From assembly GCF_001194135.2 (NCBI RefSeq), contig NC_068988.1:67116556-67180374 (forward strand): DNA of 63,819 bases. Direction: 5' to 3'. Each line of letters begins with the position of its first letter. Positions within the stretch are counted from its first letter, which is position 1. This DNA is from Octopus bimaculoides (lineage: Eukaryota). Under the pieces are notes generated by a model, which was not told the origin of the DNA, did not search any database, and was given only the letters and a program-made list of their open reading frames with translations. A program made the position numbers and the translations under genes. Shown in pieces: positions 25,577-38,228 of the stretch.

Positions 25577-27679
25577 GGAAAAGACACTCTCTTGCCATGT
25601 TTCTATGTATTTGTGGCCCACCCCTGTGTGATAGGTTTGTGAAAGTTGCACAGCTTAGGATTTCTACAGACTGGTACATGTACTTCACAGTAATTTGTCA
25701 TTATTACGTTTAATGTGTAGCTACTTCTTCAATTTCATTCTTCTTTGAAGCACGAATCAAGATTCAGTTTTTCTTTGGTCCGTGTATTACGAATGTCTGT
25801 GATAGGATCGTTAGTGAGACTACGGGTGGTGTAGTATAGGCAAGAGAGAACATGCTTCTCTAGACGCTTTCCGTTTGTGCGTTTTTCGTTGATGTACCGT
25901 CGATACGTGGGTGGTGGAGTGTTGGCCTTGCCATCTTGCCACGCAACTAAGTTTCCGTCATATAAAATAGGTAGGATAAGTGGGTACCACGAATATAATC
26001 GCAGGAAACAAGGTAATTGTGCACGATTAACTCGTCGGCAATCAGTTCTACATACATGCATGCATGTATACATACATACATACATACATACATACATACT
26101 GTGGAACATAGGTTGATTACCTATCGCAAATTGAATTCACACTCATGGATGGCTGGGAACTCCAATAATGTATGTGAGTGTTCCATGTTTGTATAATCTA
26201 TTACATATATTTACGTATGTGTATGTGCGTGATGTTTTTTCTCTTTCTCAGTGTTTACATGTGAGTGTGTATGTGAAGAATATTATACCTAGTAGATATT
26301 GTTTTTTAAGTCTCCGTTTATAGTGCCATATAATGAATATTTTAGAATTCTAATACTACTGTCAGTGAGTGCGAAAATGCAGATTGGCTAAGGAGACTAT
26401 AGGCATTCAACAGTAAACTGAAACTATTCTTACTACTGAGCCAGAAGAAAATAGATATATAAAGCTAGCAAAAGTGAGAGAGAATATGTATAGTAAAATG
26501 ATTAGAGATGAAAGCGTATAGAACATACGTCGTTTCCACAAATATACATGACACATCATCTAATCTAAATAACATTTCTAATAAATACATTCATTATTTA
26601 AATGCTTTTAAAATAATTTCTGTAATATTGTATATTTTATGCATATCATGATTATTAAATAGCACTGAATACTTGGATATATTTAGATATAAAGGCATTT
26701 AAGCCAGCAAAAACGTGCAATAGTCTCAGTATTTACACCTATTATGACAGGTTCAATAAGTCTCATTATGAAATAATTAAATGAATGGCTGCGTTAACAT
26801 TTCTTGATGGTCTGTACTTTCTATGACAAATTTGTTCGTTAGAACGTAAAAGCCAGTGATATGGCGGTTGTAATATTAAGATATTAGAAGTTCCTCCAGG
26901 CATAAAATACATTTTTAGAAGAAATCATTTCTTTGAGATTTCAATTTTATAACTTCTACGTTTTTTATTGCTCAAAGAAGCCATTCATGAAAATAATGGC
27001 CTGGAAGAGCAACTTAAAAGATACCAAGTAATTTGCATTACACCTCAGTCGAGGTAACCAGATTAGTTAAGGTATGTATGTAGAGCTGTGGAACTTAAGA
27101 CAGTTTCTTCTCATGAAAGCGAAATATTCACCTTTGATTTTTATGAAGATGTTTGATATTGCTGTATCATTACATATTTTGGAATATTACACCTACATAA
27201 CTGCATTAAGTCTGTTTTATGGAGACGTAAAAAAGTAATAAGGTATATAAATACAATTTCGGTATTTGGTTAAAGAATATATGCGTTAAAATGTGTTTGC
27301 CCTTCCGTTCCGAACTTACACATTATCACGGAAGAGTATTGTTCCCAGCAGAAGTATTCTGTTGGGAACAGGTTTTATACGAGTAGGAATGAAATATTTA
27401 AAAGTATACATGTAAAGTTGTATTGCTATTTTACTAATTTAGCGATTCTAATGTATATATGTTAACAAAAATCCATTTTGGGTGAACAAATAATTTACCA
27501 TTCATGGGTTCAAACACTTTGCTTGAAGTTCGTCCATCAACTGTAACGGTCATTTGATGGGAACATAGACAGTGTGAGTCTAAGGGTGGTGTAATGTATA
27601 CTTGGATTAAGCACTACAGAATTCGGCATATATCAGAAATATTATTTCATTCTATACAAATCTATGAAGATATTAGCGA

Positions 27680-27900
27680 TACTGGCTTCAAATTATGGCA
27701 CAAGGCCAGTAATTTCATGAGAGGGGTAAATCAATGACCTCGACCTCATATTCAACTGGTAATTACTTTATCGTCTCCAGAAGGATGATAGGCAAAGTCG
27801 ACCTCAGCCAAATTTGAACTGAGAACGTAAAGATAGACAAAATGCTGCTTAGCATTTTGTCCACCACGGCTAAGATTGTGTCAGCTGGCTGCTTTAAGAA
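27680..27900 (-). mobile_element. SINE (same head as 55653-55876; tail type B)
   Basis: ttcaaattatggcacaaggccag...ggatgataggcaaagtcgacctc...tttgaactgagaacgtaa...gcttagcattttg. Confidence 0.75.
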
Positions 27901-28039
27901 CATATTAGTAATATTGGAATGATCACACAGGTGTTTGAGAGTGTTTCACGAACTCAGAAAATAAATTTTACTTCAGAACTAAAAACTAACGGTGTATCGA
28001 AATAAACACTCGCAGAGAAATGCTACTAAAAGGTAGAAT

Positions 28040-28600
28040 TACTGGCCTTTAAACGACCTAGGCTTTGGAACAGCCACGAAATATCATTGAAGGTAAAAGT
28101 CGATGTGCATGAGTCAGAGGTTTTGACATCATTCCTTTACGGCGCTCAATCTTAGACCCTGTACCGGGAGTACATCAGCCAGCTTGACGCTTTTCATATG
28201 CGATGCTTGCGTACTATCTCCAACATAAAGCAGAGTGACCATATTCGTAACAGTGAGGTGCAACATATCACCTGCTGAAACGATCCTCACCAAAATACAG
28301 CTTAGATGGTCAGTTCATCTGTTATGTATGCGTGATATCAAAATTACGATGCACTTTCTCTTTAGCTAATTCCCAATAGGAAGGTCAGTTGGAAGGTCAC
28401 TCTTGAGCTTCAAAGACAAGCTAAAAGATAATCTGAAGCGATGCAACAATACCGTTTCTTCCTGGGAAAAAAACAAAGCATCAGAACACAGGAGCTGGCA
28501 CTAGTCCTGTTTCTAAGCTCAAAGATTTGAGCAAATCGACTCCAACATCGCGACCAATTTCGTGCAAGCAGGAAGGCACGCTGGCAAAACACTGCTCCTC
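28040..28600 (+). mobile_element. RTE (BovB-like) LINE remnant
   Basis: Reads LWNSHEISLKVKVDV...LTSFLYGAQS*TLYREYISQLDAFHMRCLRTI...QLRWSVHL...FKDKLKDNLKRC. Confidence 0.8.
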
Positions 28601-28852
28601 TAAATGGAAACCTTACCAGTCATTGTTATTTTGTGGCAAGAAGAAAAGCAGGCTTTTCCGTCCACTCAAGAAAACACATAAAGAATAATCAACAACCTCT
28701 TGACAAAAATGAATCCTCAGTTTGTTCCATTTCCAAAATGTTTTGCAAGGCACCAGCAGAACTTAAGAGAGACATTCCTGTTCAGAGAACATGATTACTC
28801 CTTTATTTTACTGTAAACTCATTTGTCGTTCCCGACGAGACAATCCATCATA

Positions 28853-29236
28853 TTACTCTTTTACTTGTTTCAGTCATTTGACTGCGGCCATGCTGGAGCA
28901 CCGCCTTTTAGTCGAGCAAATCGACCCCAGGACTTATTCTTGGAAGCCTATTACTTATTCTATCGGCCTCTTTTGCCGAACCGCTAAGGGAAGGGAACGT
29001 AAACACACCACCATCGATTGTTAAGCGATGTTGGGAGACAAACACAGACACACAAACACACACACATATATACGACGGGCTTCTGTCAGTTTCCATCTAC
29101 CAAATCAACTCACAAGGCTTTGGTCTGCCTGAGGCTATAGTAGAAGACACTTGCCCAAGGTGCCACGCAGTGGGAATGAACTCGGAACAGTGTGGTTGGT
29201 AAGCAAGCTACTTACCACGCAGCTACTGCTGCGCCT
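28853..29236 (-). mobile_element. Near full-length tRNA-derived SINE
   Basis: The minus-strand head aggcgcagcagtagctgcgtggtaagtagcttgc...ccgagttcattcc has A-box and B-box-like motifs, followed by a central domain, an internal (GT)n tract and a gactgaaacaagtaaaagag tail. Confidence 0.9.
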
Positions 29237-29654
29237 AAATATATATATATATATAATTAAGCAAGAAAATGGAGAGATTTAATGAATAAAATTAATTAAT
29301 TAATTAATTAATTTTATTCATTACTTTATTCATATTCTTGTTTAATAATATTTAATATTTAAATATATTAATTGAAGAGAAACCTCTTCACAGTATAATA
29401 TATTAAACCAGTATCCTTGAGCTGTGGAACTGCGTTAGTGCATAGAATGTATAAAAAGGACTTGCAGAACACGAATAAGAGAGGTTGTAATTACAAATTT
29501 TAACATTGGTCTCTATGCAGTAGCAACAGCAGCAAGTTGCTAAGTTTCCATTCTCATATAACTGCATAAAATGATTTTACAAATAATTATATAAATGAAT
29601 ATGATGTAGTAATAGCTGTATGTCGGCACGTCATTAGCTAAGTTGCTTTTAAAG

Positions 29655-29697
<43 letters not shown>

Positions 29698-30778
29698 GAA
29701 ATATTCAAAATATGCAGTAACAGTTCTTTAATGTAAAGGCTATTTGCCAACATAATGTGGCTGTCCCAAAAGAGACTATGTTACTGTGGTTTTAGCCTTT
29801 ATATATATATATATATATATATAGTAATAATGATATTAATAATAATAATCCTTGGATGGAATTCATAAATTTTTTAATACATCTCTATGCACGCTTCAAC
29901 AATTCACATGTATCATAAGATCATAGTCCATATTCCTGGGATGATTACAGTGTAGTCCGTAGTATCCATGGACTAAGTATCGGACAGATCATGTCAATGC
30001 ATTCATTTCTTCGGGCGATATGGCATTAACAGGGTTGTTTACCAATTTTGACCAATGAGAAAATTGATTGGGGTATGTGGGCATTTCCGTGTGCATTGAG
30101 TGGGGAGGAGTAGAATGTTATGGAAAGAGAGGAAGGAATGGTAGCTATAATGAGATGGAGGTGTGTGTGGTGATGTTGAACTTATTTTGAGTATGCAGAT
30201 GTCAGGATGAGTTCTTCGTTCGATCGTATTCACAGCAGGCCCCTCCTCAATGAATTCACAAGCAGTCGGGTGAACAAGTACAACCACTACAGCCATCCAG
30301 TTCTCAGAGTTCATTGTCGGAGTTGACAAATGATGTTTTCTGAAAATAACCTTTTAATTATTTTTGGTGGCATAATTGTGTAGCATATAACATATGAAAT
30401 TAGTGGTTATTTTGTTTAGAAAATAAGTTCTTCCCTTGTTCTATTATACTCTATCATATTATATCGTTATTATATCTTGTAAACATAAAAGAAAGATATC
30501 ATTATAAGAATTTGAAAATAATATTTTGAAGTAGAAAAACACTGACCACCTTTAGTCGCGTGAAGATGAATAAATGCATTACCGAATTAGTTGCAATACG
30601 AATGGTAATTTGAAACAGTCAAAATCAACTGACCGATGAAAGTAATAATTAGTGGGTAGGCCACCCTAAAAGGAAATGAGGTGGCTGTGTTTATAGATGT
30701 CATGAAGTAGAAGACTTCCAGCAGTGGGTCCTTATAAACGGTGCATAGTGATTAAATGAGTCATTTAAAATGACTTAC

Positions 30779-30870
30779 CTCAAACTTTCCAGTTAGAGGG
30801 TCCATATCCAGCAAGGAGTAGTCGGCACTCCTATCGCCATTTTCATCAATACTCACTGTGCCAGTGATAC
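30779..30870 (-). CDS. Internal exon of a natriuretic peptide receptor-like (receptor guanylyl cyclase family) gene, late extracellular domain
   Basis: The reverse complement reads ctaattgcag|GT ATC ACT GGC...AAG TTT GAG|gtaagt. It is 92 nt, phase 1 to 0, and encodes (G)[30 protein letters not shown], which matches the NPR-family G-x-T-G...I-D-x-x-G-D-R...D-Y/F-S-L-x-D-M-D-P motif. Confidence 0.93.
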
Positions 30871-31199
30871 CTGCAATTAGAAAATTACACACATACATGA
30901 ATAAACGATAAAAGTCAAGAAGTATGTTAGGTAAATATATCTATTTACCCACTCAACATTCATAGAATTACGGTTGTTTCGCCGCTTTTTCATGCAGTAA
31001 TAATTTCTCCTAAGGGGAGCTTTCTGAGATAGCCTCACCATTCTCTGAATCCATATCTTATATTACAGACTTACATATGTATATTACCGAAGTAATCTTT
31101 GGACGTAAAGTTTTAACATCAGTGGAGCGGAAATCAAGATACGACAGAGTTGACCAATATATACGCTGGTTAATTAATATTGCATCATTATAATATCAA

Positions 31200-31550
31200 A
31201 ACTGTTGAAAAGAGGCTGTAACTAACTGGGAAAAAGTAACGATTCTTTGGGACTTTCCAGTACATATAGACTGAACCATCAAAGCTAATAAACTGGATAT
31301 TATTGTGAAAAAGCAAAACAATAAAGTCTGTTTATTGATCGACATGTGTATTTATTGTGATCATAATATGCCGACAAAAAAATTTGAAAATACCAGAAAA
31401 TACGAAGATTTGCTCATTGAAATTGAAAAAATATGACATCTTGAGGCAGTTACAATATCAGTGATTGTAGGAGCACTTGGAATGATCAAAAAAGGAAATG
31501 AAAATTATTTAAGAATGATCCCCGTTTTACCATCCATGCAAACACTAGAT
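31200..31550 (+). mobile_element. R4/Dong-type non-LTR element, REL endonuclease remnant
   Basis: Reads VTILWDFPVHID*TIKANKLDIIVKK...CLLIDM...RKYEDLLIEIEKI*HL...VIVGALGMIKKG, giving the RPD and D..KY motif equivalents. Confidence 0.85.
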
Positions 31551-31811
31551 CATTGTTTCTGTGAAAATGATTACAACCCATGTAATATTCTTTAGTGTAT
31601 TTTTTCCTGTTTTCTTTCTTTTTTCTTTCTTTTTCCCTTTCATATAACTTGACTTTGTAAAGGAACAATCTAGTGTGTTTAGTTTAATGATCTATCAATG
31701 TATACAGTGAGTTTCTTTGCCCTAGGTGTCAGGAAGGCACTCGCTAAGACATGGAAACAACTGACTTTAAGCTTGTAATAATAATAATAATAATAGTAAT
31801 AATAATAATAA

Positions 31812-32025
31812 TGGTTTCAAGTTTTGCCAGAAGGGCAGCCATTTTAGGGGAGGGGTTGAGTCAATTACATCGGCCCCAGCGTTAAACTGGTACTTATTTT
31901 ATCGACCCCGGATGGATGAAAGGCAAAGTCGACCTCGGTGGAATTTGAACTCAAGCTTAGTGAGAGACGAAATACTGCTAAGCATTTCGCCCGGCGTACT
32001 AACGATTCTTCTAGATCGCTGCATT
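31812..32025 (-). mobile_element. SINE with (TTA)n tail
   Basis: actggtacttattttatcgacccc...ggatgaaaggcaaagtcgacctcggtggaatttgaactc...gctaagcatttcgcccggcgt, preceded on the plus strand by (taa)n. Confidence 0.85.
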
Positions 32026-32659
32026 AATAACATTAATAATAGAGGGACAAAATGATACATTTTGTGAAAAAAATTAACGTTAATTAAATTGATATGGGTA
32101 CTTGAGAGTGACTTATTTCATCTAGTCTAAAAGCATGCAGTATAAGGCTGAACAGCACATCTTGTACTCTGAACAAAAGAGACAAAATCAAATATTACAT
32201 TGAAAAGATTTCCTGCGATATCTTCAGCATGAAGAACTTATTGTTAACTTTAATCTAACATTGGCAAAAGGAAAAAAAAAAATAATGATCCAAAGAGAAT
32301 ATTTAAAGATTTGAATTTAAAGCAGTAATTGGAAGGAAAGAAATTTCGCGTCGATTACATCTCACATCAATATGTTTAAGAAAAAGAACTTAGTAATATA
32401 AATTCATTAACAATTAAATAGTGAAAATCAGAAGTAAGGTGAAATCTAAAAAAAAAAATGTTCACACCGGTACCTCCCTCGTCCTAAAAAATGCGTTATC
32501 AATAGGAGAATAACGGAATCTTTGCGAACATTTCAAAATCGCAAATATAACAACAAATTTTGAACGAAACCTTTATTCTGAGTATCTGACATACCTTCCC
32601 TGCAATATATCATCCAAACACATAAATAACACTGATACTAAAACGTCCAACTTGCTGTT

Positions 32660-32960
32660 ACTTGAAATCTTTTGGAAAGATTTGGAACAGCTCAAAGCAA
32701 AGCAACAGTAAAGAATGAGGGGGCAATTCATGTAATCAAAGTCAGACTGGGGTACAAATATACAAATCCCTCTATAGCCAGAATCGTGCAGGAATCCAAG
32801 CTATATATTTTGATAGATCCTAAGATTTGCAACTTATGCCTAGCAAAAAGATAGCACATTCTTTTTAGATAAAAAAAAAATATTCCAGTACACTGCTTAA
32901 TTTCAGAGCTGCAAATTTTAGTAGTTGCAAACATGTGGACAAGTTTCTTTTGTTGAAATG
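32660..32960 (+). mobile_element. Penelope-like GIY-YIG C-terminal remnant
   Basis: Reads SIARIVQESKLY...KICNLCLAKR, then LNFRAANFSSCKHVDKFLL, resembling the PLE CNLCL.EK...LNKRSE...CRH..K.LL terminus. Confidence 0.55.
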
Positions 32961-34689
32961 GAGGAGAACACCACCCGGTGCGGATGTAGTAGCTGTCTCG
33001 CAGACTTTGGCCTCCTAACTGATATATATTATTCTGCACCAGTTACATTAATTATATTAATTTTCTTTTCTTTCCACCCGTTCTATTTTGTGCGTTAATC
33101 TTCTCCGAGTTTTCTATTTGTTTTTTTTTCTCATTTTCTCAAAGTCTAGCTTTCTGGTATATAAATACATCTACCATATGAATGGAGCCTGTAACAGCGT
33201 TTGGAGAAACATGCGAGTTTTATAACTCTTTCAAATGAAAGTCTCGTAAAGCAAGAGAAAGTAGAATACGCTTTTGTTCACTCTATATATACTGCATCTG
33301 TTACTTGTAAATATTTTTGCACACACACATACACACACACAAACAACTACACACATACGCGCGCACACACACACACACACACACACGTATATATATACAT
33401 ACACATACACAGACACACACGTACACACACAGAGTCATACATACACAAAAATATACATATAAACATCCATATACATATATAAACTCACATATATTGTTCT
33501 ATATATCATATATATATGCATTTAGATGTATACGTGTGTGTGTTTTCAGTCATATTGTGTTGTGCCGTGGGCAAGTGTCAACTAATATACCCTCGGGTCA
33601 ACCAAATATTTGCTGTAGCCCATCTTCCATACCAAAACAAATCATGTAACTAACACTTCCAATCAGTTAAGAGCAAAAGCCATGAGAGCCAGTACCAGTG
33701 CCTGGTATTATTATTATTATTATCATTATTAATATTATTATGAATATTGAGTGGATTTAGTAGACAGAAATTAATAGAAGGGTTCTGTCTCGCGTCTTAT
33801 AACCCAGCAGGACTTGACAACCGGTTCGGTAAAAGAGACCGAGAGAAGAAAAGTATAACCGATTTATTCGACTGAAAATATTCTCCAAAGCGGTATCCCA
33901 GCACCGCAGTTGTAAGATTGAAACAAGTAAAATTGTAAAAGAAACATAAGTACATGCATAGGTATATATAAACATGCATACATACATGCATATATACATA
34001 CATACATGCATATATACATACATACATAATACATACATACACACGTGTGTATATATTTAGCCCTAGGCAGTAATACTAATTGATGAGGACTAAGTTCTGG
34101 GGTCGATTCGTTTGACTAAAGGTAGTGCTCCAGCATAGCTACGGTCAAAAGACTGATACAAGTAAAAGTGTATATACAAGAGCATACACACACACACAAG
34201 CATTCATACACACAAAACAGTTAAAGAAGGTTTTCACTCCGCAGATGATTTACGGCATAATTAATCATCAATTGAATGGTGGACTACTGCGAAACATACA
34301 TTGTGAGGTGACCACAGATTTGTTTATATTTACCAAGATTGGTAAGCATCATACAAAAGTGAAACTATACAATATAACTCTTTAGCACGCTGAATAAAAT
34401 CCTAATCTATTTTGTATTTGTAAACATATGACTAAACCCATTGTGCATATATAAAAGTACTTAATCATTTACTGCAAACGTTTAGAGTCTGTTATTCAAG
34501 TTAAGAAAAACAAGTTGTCACAAAACTTATAAATTTTTATTATTTTTATATTTTGTCCTTGAAGTACTCAATTACAATTTCCATTCATATAAAAACATAA
34601 AACACTGTAAAAGTATATATTAGGTTGTTTCACATGACATGTTGCATTTTTAATTACTTCTTATTTCAGTCATTTAAAAACTTAATCAT

Positions 34690-34835
34690 GTATACCTTAC
34701 AGTTCTACATTTAAGAGATGAGGAATTATGTACCTTATTTACATGTGACGGATATTTGTCCTCATCAGGTGTTTGGGGAAATTTCGAACCTGGGTTCTCA
34801 TTCCTAAGGTATTTTTCGATGTTGCTGTTGTTGTT

Positions 34836-34901
<66 letters not shown>

Positions 34902-34995
34902 AACAACATCGAAAGATACCTTAGTAATGAGAACCCAGGTTCGAAATTTCCCCAAACACCTGATGAAGGCTGGAGGGTATATCATTCGGACAATT
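34690..34995. repeat. Inverted pair of Penelope-like terminal-repeat fragments around an (ATT)n spacer
   Basis: 63-bp arms at 34762-34824 and 34904-34966 with 2 mismatches. The right arm ends in CTGATGA, followed by a decayed stem II. Confidence 0.9.
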
Positions 34996-35439
34996 TATCA
35001 CAGTAAAATATGAATTTTCTTTTTAAAGATGGCATATATGACAGTGAAACGTTGGGTGAACGTTATAAATGAACATGAATTATACTTTCATTAAAATGAG
35101 TTCTCTAACACTTCTGAAACATTTTATTGTTACTTTTTAAATACGACATTTCATGTGGAACAGTCTAATATATATGTAATATATCACATACGCTACAGCA
35201 TGAACGCATATTTAGAAATATATATGGAGATTTCAGTATATCTCACTGGAATAAGACAGAAGAATGAATATTTACATATATTTTTTGCATCATATAGCAA
35301 GGTTGATGAAATGGAATTCAAATGTTAGCAGTGTAATTTGATGTATTAAAAAGATTTCTTTGAAATTGTAAAATCTACGGATATTTGTAGATTTTCAGAC
35401 ATGTTTTCTAAAATAAACAATCTCCGGATTATTGTCGTG

Positions 35440-35600
35440 TCTGATAGCCTGTATATATGTGCGTAAGTGTGTATGGAATGGACGAGGATACTCTTACATA
35501 CATTTTTTGCCAACATTCATCTTTGTATTACCTTCGAATATAGTAACAAAATTACTGAATTTCTCGATGTCACATTCACCCTAATGTCAGCAATTTTAGA
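35440..35600 (+). mobile_element. Penelope-like RT thumb-region remnant
   Basis: FFANIHLCITFEYSNKITEFLDVTF resembles the PLE LN..HP.IKFT.E.S...I.FLDV motif. Confidence 0.55.
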
Positions 35601-35626
35601 CCTTGTATATTACAAATCTGCACATA

Positions 35627-35743
35627 TACATACATACATACATACATACATACATACATACATACATACATACATACATACAAATCTGCACATATACATA
35701 CATACATACATACATACATACATACATACATACATACATACAT
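35627..35743. repeat. (TACA)n microsatellite with an internal aaatctgcacata interruption
   Basis: Tandem taca units read directly from the sequence. Confidence 0.95.
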
Positions 35744-35744
35744 A

Positions 35745-35935
35745 ATGAGAACAACTACGCCGAGCTACTGAGAAATTTACAGATACTCCACCCAGACTAC
35801 AAATTCAGATTCGTACCCGTGATTGTTGGGGCATTGGGATATGTAACGAACTGCCTCAACAAAAACCTGGAAAAATTAGGGTTCTCAAAACCTGAAAGAA
35901 AAAGGCTGATTAGAAGACTACATTTAGCACATAAA
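35745..35935 (+). mobile_element. REL-endonuclease C-terminal remnant of an R2/R4/NeSL-group element
   Basis: Reads ENNYAELLRNLQILHPDYKFRFVPVIVGALGYVTNCLNKNLEKLGF, containing the P..VGALG motif. Confidence 0.75.
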
Positions 35936-37719
35936 TACATATGCATGCATCTAGACATAAAAACGCATCCATAAAACAAACATACAAATCTGCGCATACA
36001 CTAACACCAAATACTGCACACACACACATGTGCACAAATACCTAGATGATGTTGATAAAAGTTCCAATGAAGGAGCCTTGAATCTATGTTAGTGTCCGGC
36101 TCTTTCTCTATGGATAAGAAATACAGAAATGAAACTGATTGATAACATACATACATACATACACACACACACATATAGGTACATAAAAAATACACTGTTG
36201 TCAATGCTAAAATTCCAATGAAGGAGAGTGGATGTAGGTTAGAAACCGGCTCTTTCTCTATTTGCAAGAAATCTTGAAATAAAACTCAACAATGACATAC
36301 ATGAATACACACAATGTTTATATATGTATTTATGCCTGTATATCCATCTCTCTATCTGTATAAATTCATATGTAAAGATGTATACATCCACAAGTGAATT
36401 AAGCAAAATTTATAATAGGGTCATTTGTGACAAGCTGTACGAATATTTAGCCATCTCAATTGTATTCTAATTATAAAGCGCCGTATAGTATGGTGGGATA
36501 CACAATTTAATATTTGAAATAATATTCCTTCTTGCAATATTTGCCAAAACCTTTAGGAGAAAATTCCGTTTCATTTTTGCACGAACTGTATGATTATAAT
36601 TCAAGAAAGAAAATTATATGCAACTTTGGAAAGCATATAATGAAAACCTATGTTATTACTCAAAGCTAGGAAGGATGGATGTTTACCCTCTGCGCAAATT
36701 ATTCATTATTTTAGGGAACAATCAAAATTCATGTACCAATAGCGCTAGTTCTTGAACATGTTATTATGTGTGCCACAGTTTTCACTCCAGTTAACTGTTA
36801 GTAATATACATCATTATCACTGCAAGGAAACCGACTACCAATGAATTGGATTTGCTGCATTAATTATTCTGCATTGAATCACATCACTGCTTGTGAACCA
36901 AGTCTTTTCTCAGTACAGATCCTAATATTTCATTTGTCCCGAACATGTTTCTTTGCATACAAATGATTTCAAAAGCAAATAAATGAATAAATAAAATAAA
37001 TAAAATAAATATTTAAGGCAAAAGAAGTAGAAGCCCTGCCATGCATTCACATGAAGGCAGAATGATAATTGTCATGCAATGATAGCCTCTAGTATAATCA
37101 CACTAATATAGAAACAACATAAAACCAGTTTAAAAAATAATGAAATTTTTCTAATATGAAAGCGAAGCTAATTAGCCAATTTAGTCACCCAGATTGTTTA
37201 AATGTTCTGGCTTGTATAAAATGGCAGTTTTTGTTTGGTGTCTCTGTTTAACTGAATTGTATTAATACAGTTAAAAACACAGCATCATCTTACCATAGTC
37301 TCTCAAAAACTGATGCACTTTTTAGATGTGTCACTATACATTAATCCTTTACTAACATGTATTAACTTTTTATGTATCTGAGCGCATATATATATACATA
37401 TTAACTCTTTTGTTTTCCTATTTAGACGAATTCTTACATTGCTAGCATACCCGTGTTTTGCCACGCAAGAATATATCTCCAGGTATAGAGCGTGTATTAC
37501 ATGTATTACAACAATAAGAAGTGTGTAATTGCCATAGAATGATGTCTAAGAAACCAACTACATAGTTCGTAGATGTGAAATAATCATTCGTGCAATATAG
37601 AAGTATTGCATTAGATTCAACAAAACGCATGTCCTACTCAAGTCTCTCCTCACAACATTTGATAGCCTCTTTTATGATGATATATATATATATATATATA
37701 TAATCACAAAAGAAGCTAT

Positions 37720-37915
37720 CAGTCGCCATGATAGATCGCTGACCGCTACATTTATATTTTTTTCTCCTTGTTTCTATACCTTATTTCTTTCTGTGTTCCT
37801 TTAAGTTGAAGAGCGTAGGTCGAAACGTCAAAGACTTTCTCTATTCCCGAGCGTTAAACTTATACATCTATTTGTTGTTTACACCACCTGTCTTCGTCTG
37901 TTGTTTTTTTTCGTA
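37720..37915 (+). mobile_element. Penelope-like terminal repeat fragment with a decayed hammerhead core
   Basis: ttt-aaGTTGA-a-gagc-gtag-gtc-GAAAC-GTC-aaa at about 37799-37832, with flanks related to 17930-18110. Confidence 0.5.
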
Positions 37916-38168
37916 AATTCACCCATATATATATATATATATATATAACTGCATTATCATTGCACAAGTTTACATAAGAATATGCATAACCGTTTACTGA
38001 AACATACGCATTGGTAAGGATAGGATATGCATTAAGGATAAATCAATAAGCTAATACGGGTGTTGATAAATGTTGCATATTGAATATAAATGACAATGAT
38101 TCATGAACAACATTAAGTAATTGAAAAGCAAAACATGAGAACATTAGCTTTATANNNNNNNNNNNNNN

Positions 38169-38228
<60 letters not shown>

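Noticed and set aside
29160-29236. tRNA genes (also 50010-50080 and 25330-25400)
   Set aside because: The A-box and B-box motifs are present, but no full cloverleaf forms and each continues into a SINE body.
34245-34341. Plus-strand exon-like segment (MIYGIINHQLNGG...)
   Set aside because: The splice signals are plausible, but the peptide is unrecognisable. Pseudo-exons of this quality are expected by chance in 64 kb.
34686-35013. Poly-Asn, poly-Leu and poly-Ile ORFs with a repeated peptide ENPGSKFPQTPDE
   Set aside because: They are a by-product of the inverted repeat and its (ATT)n spacer, not a protein.
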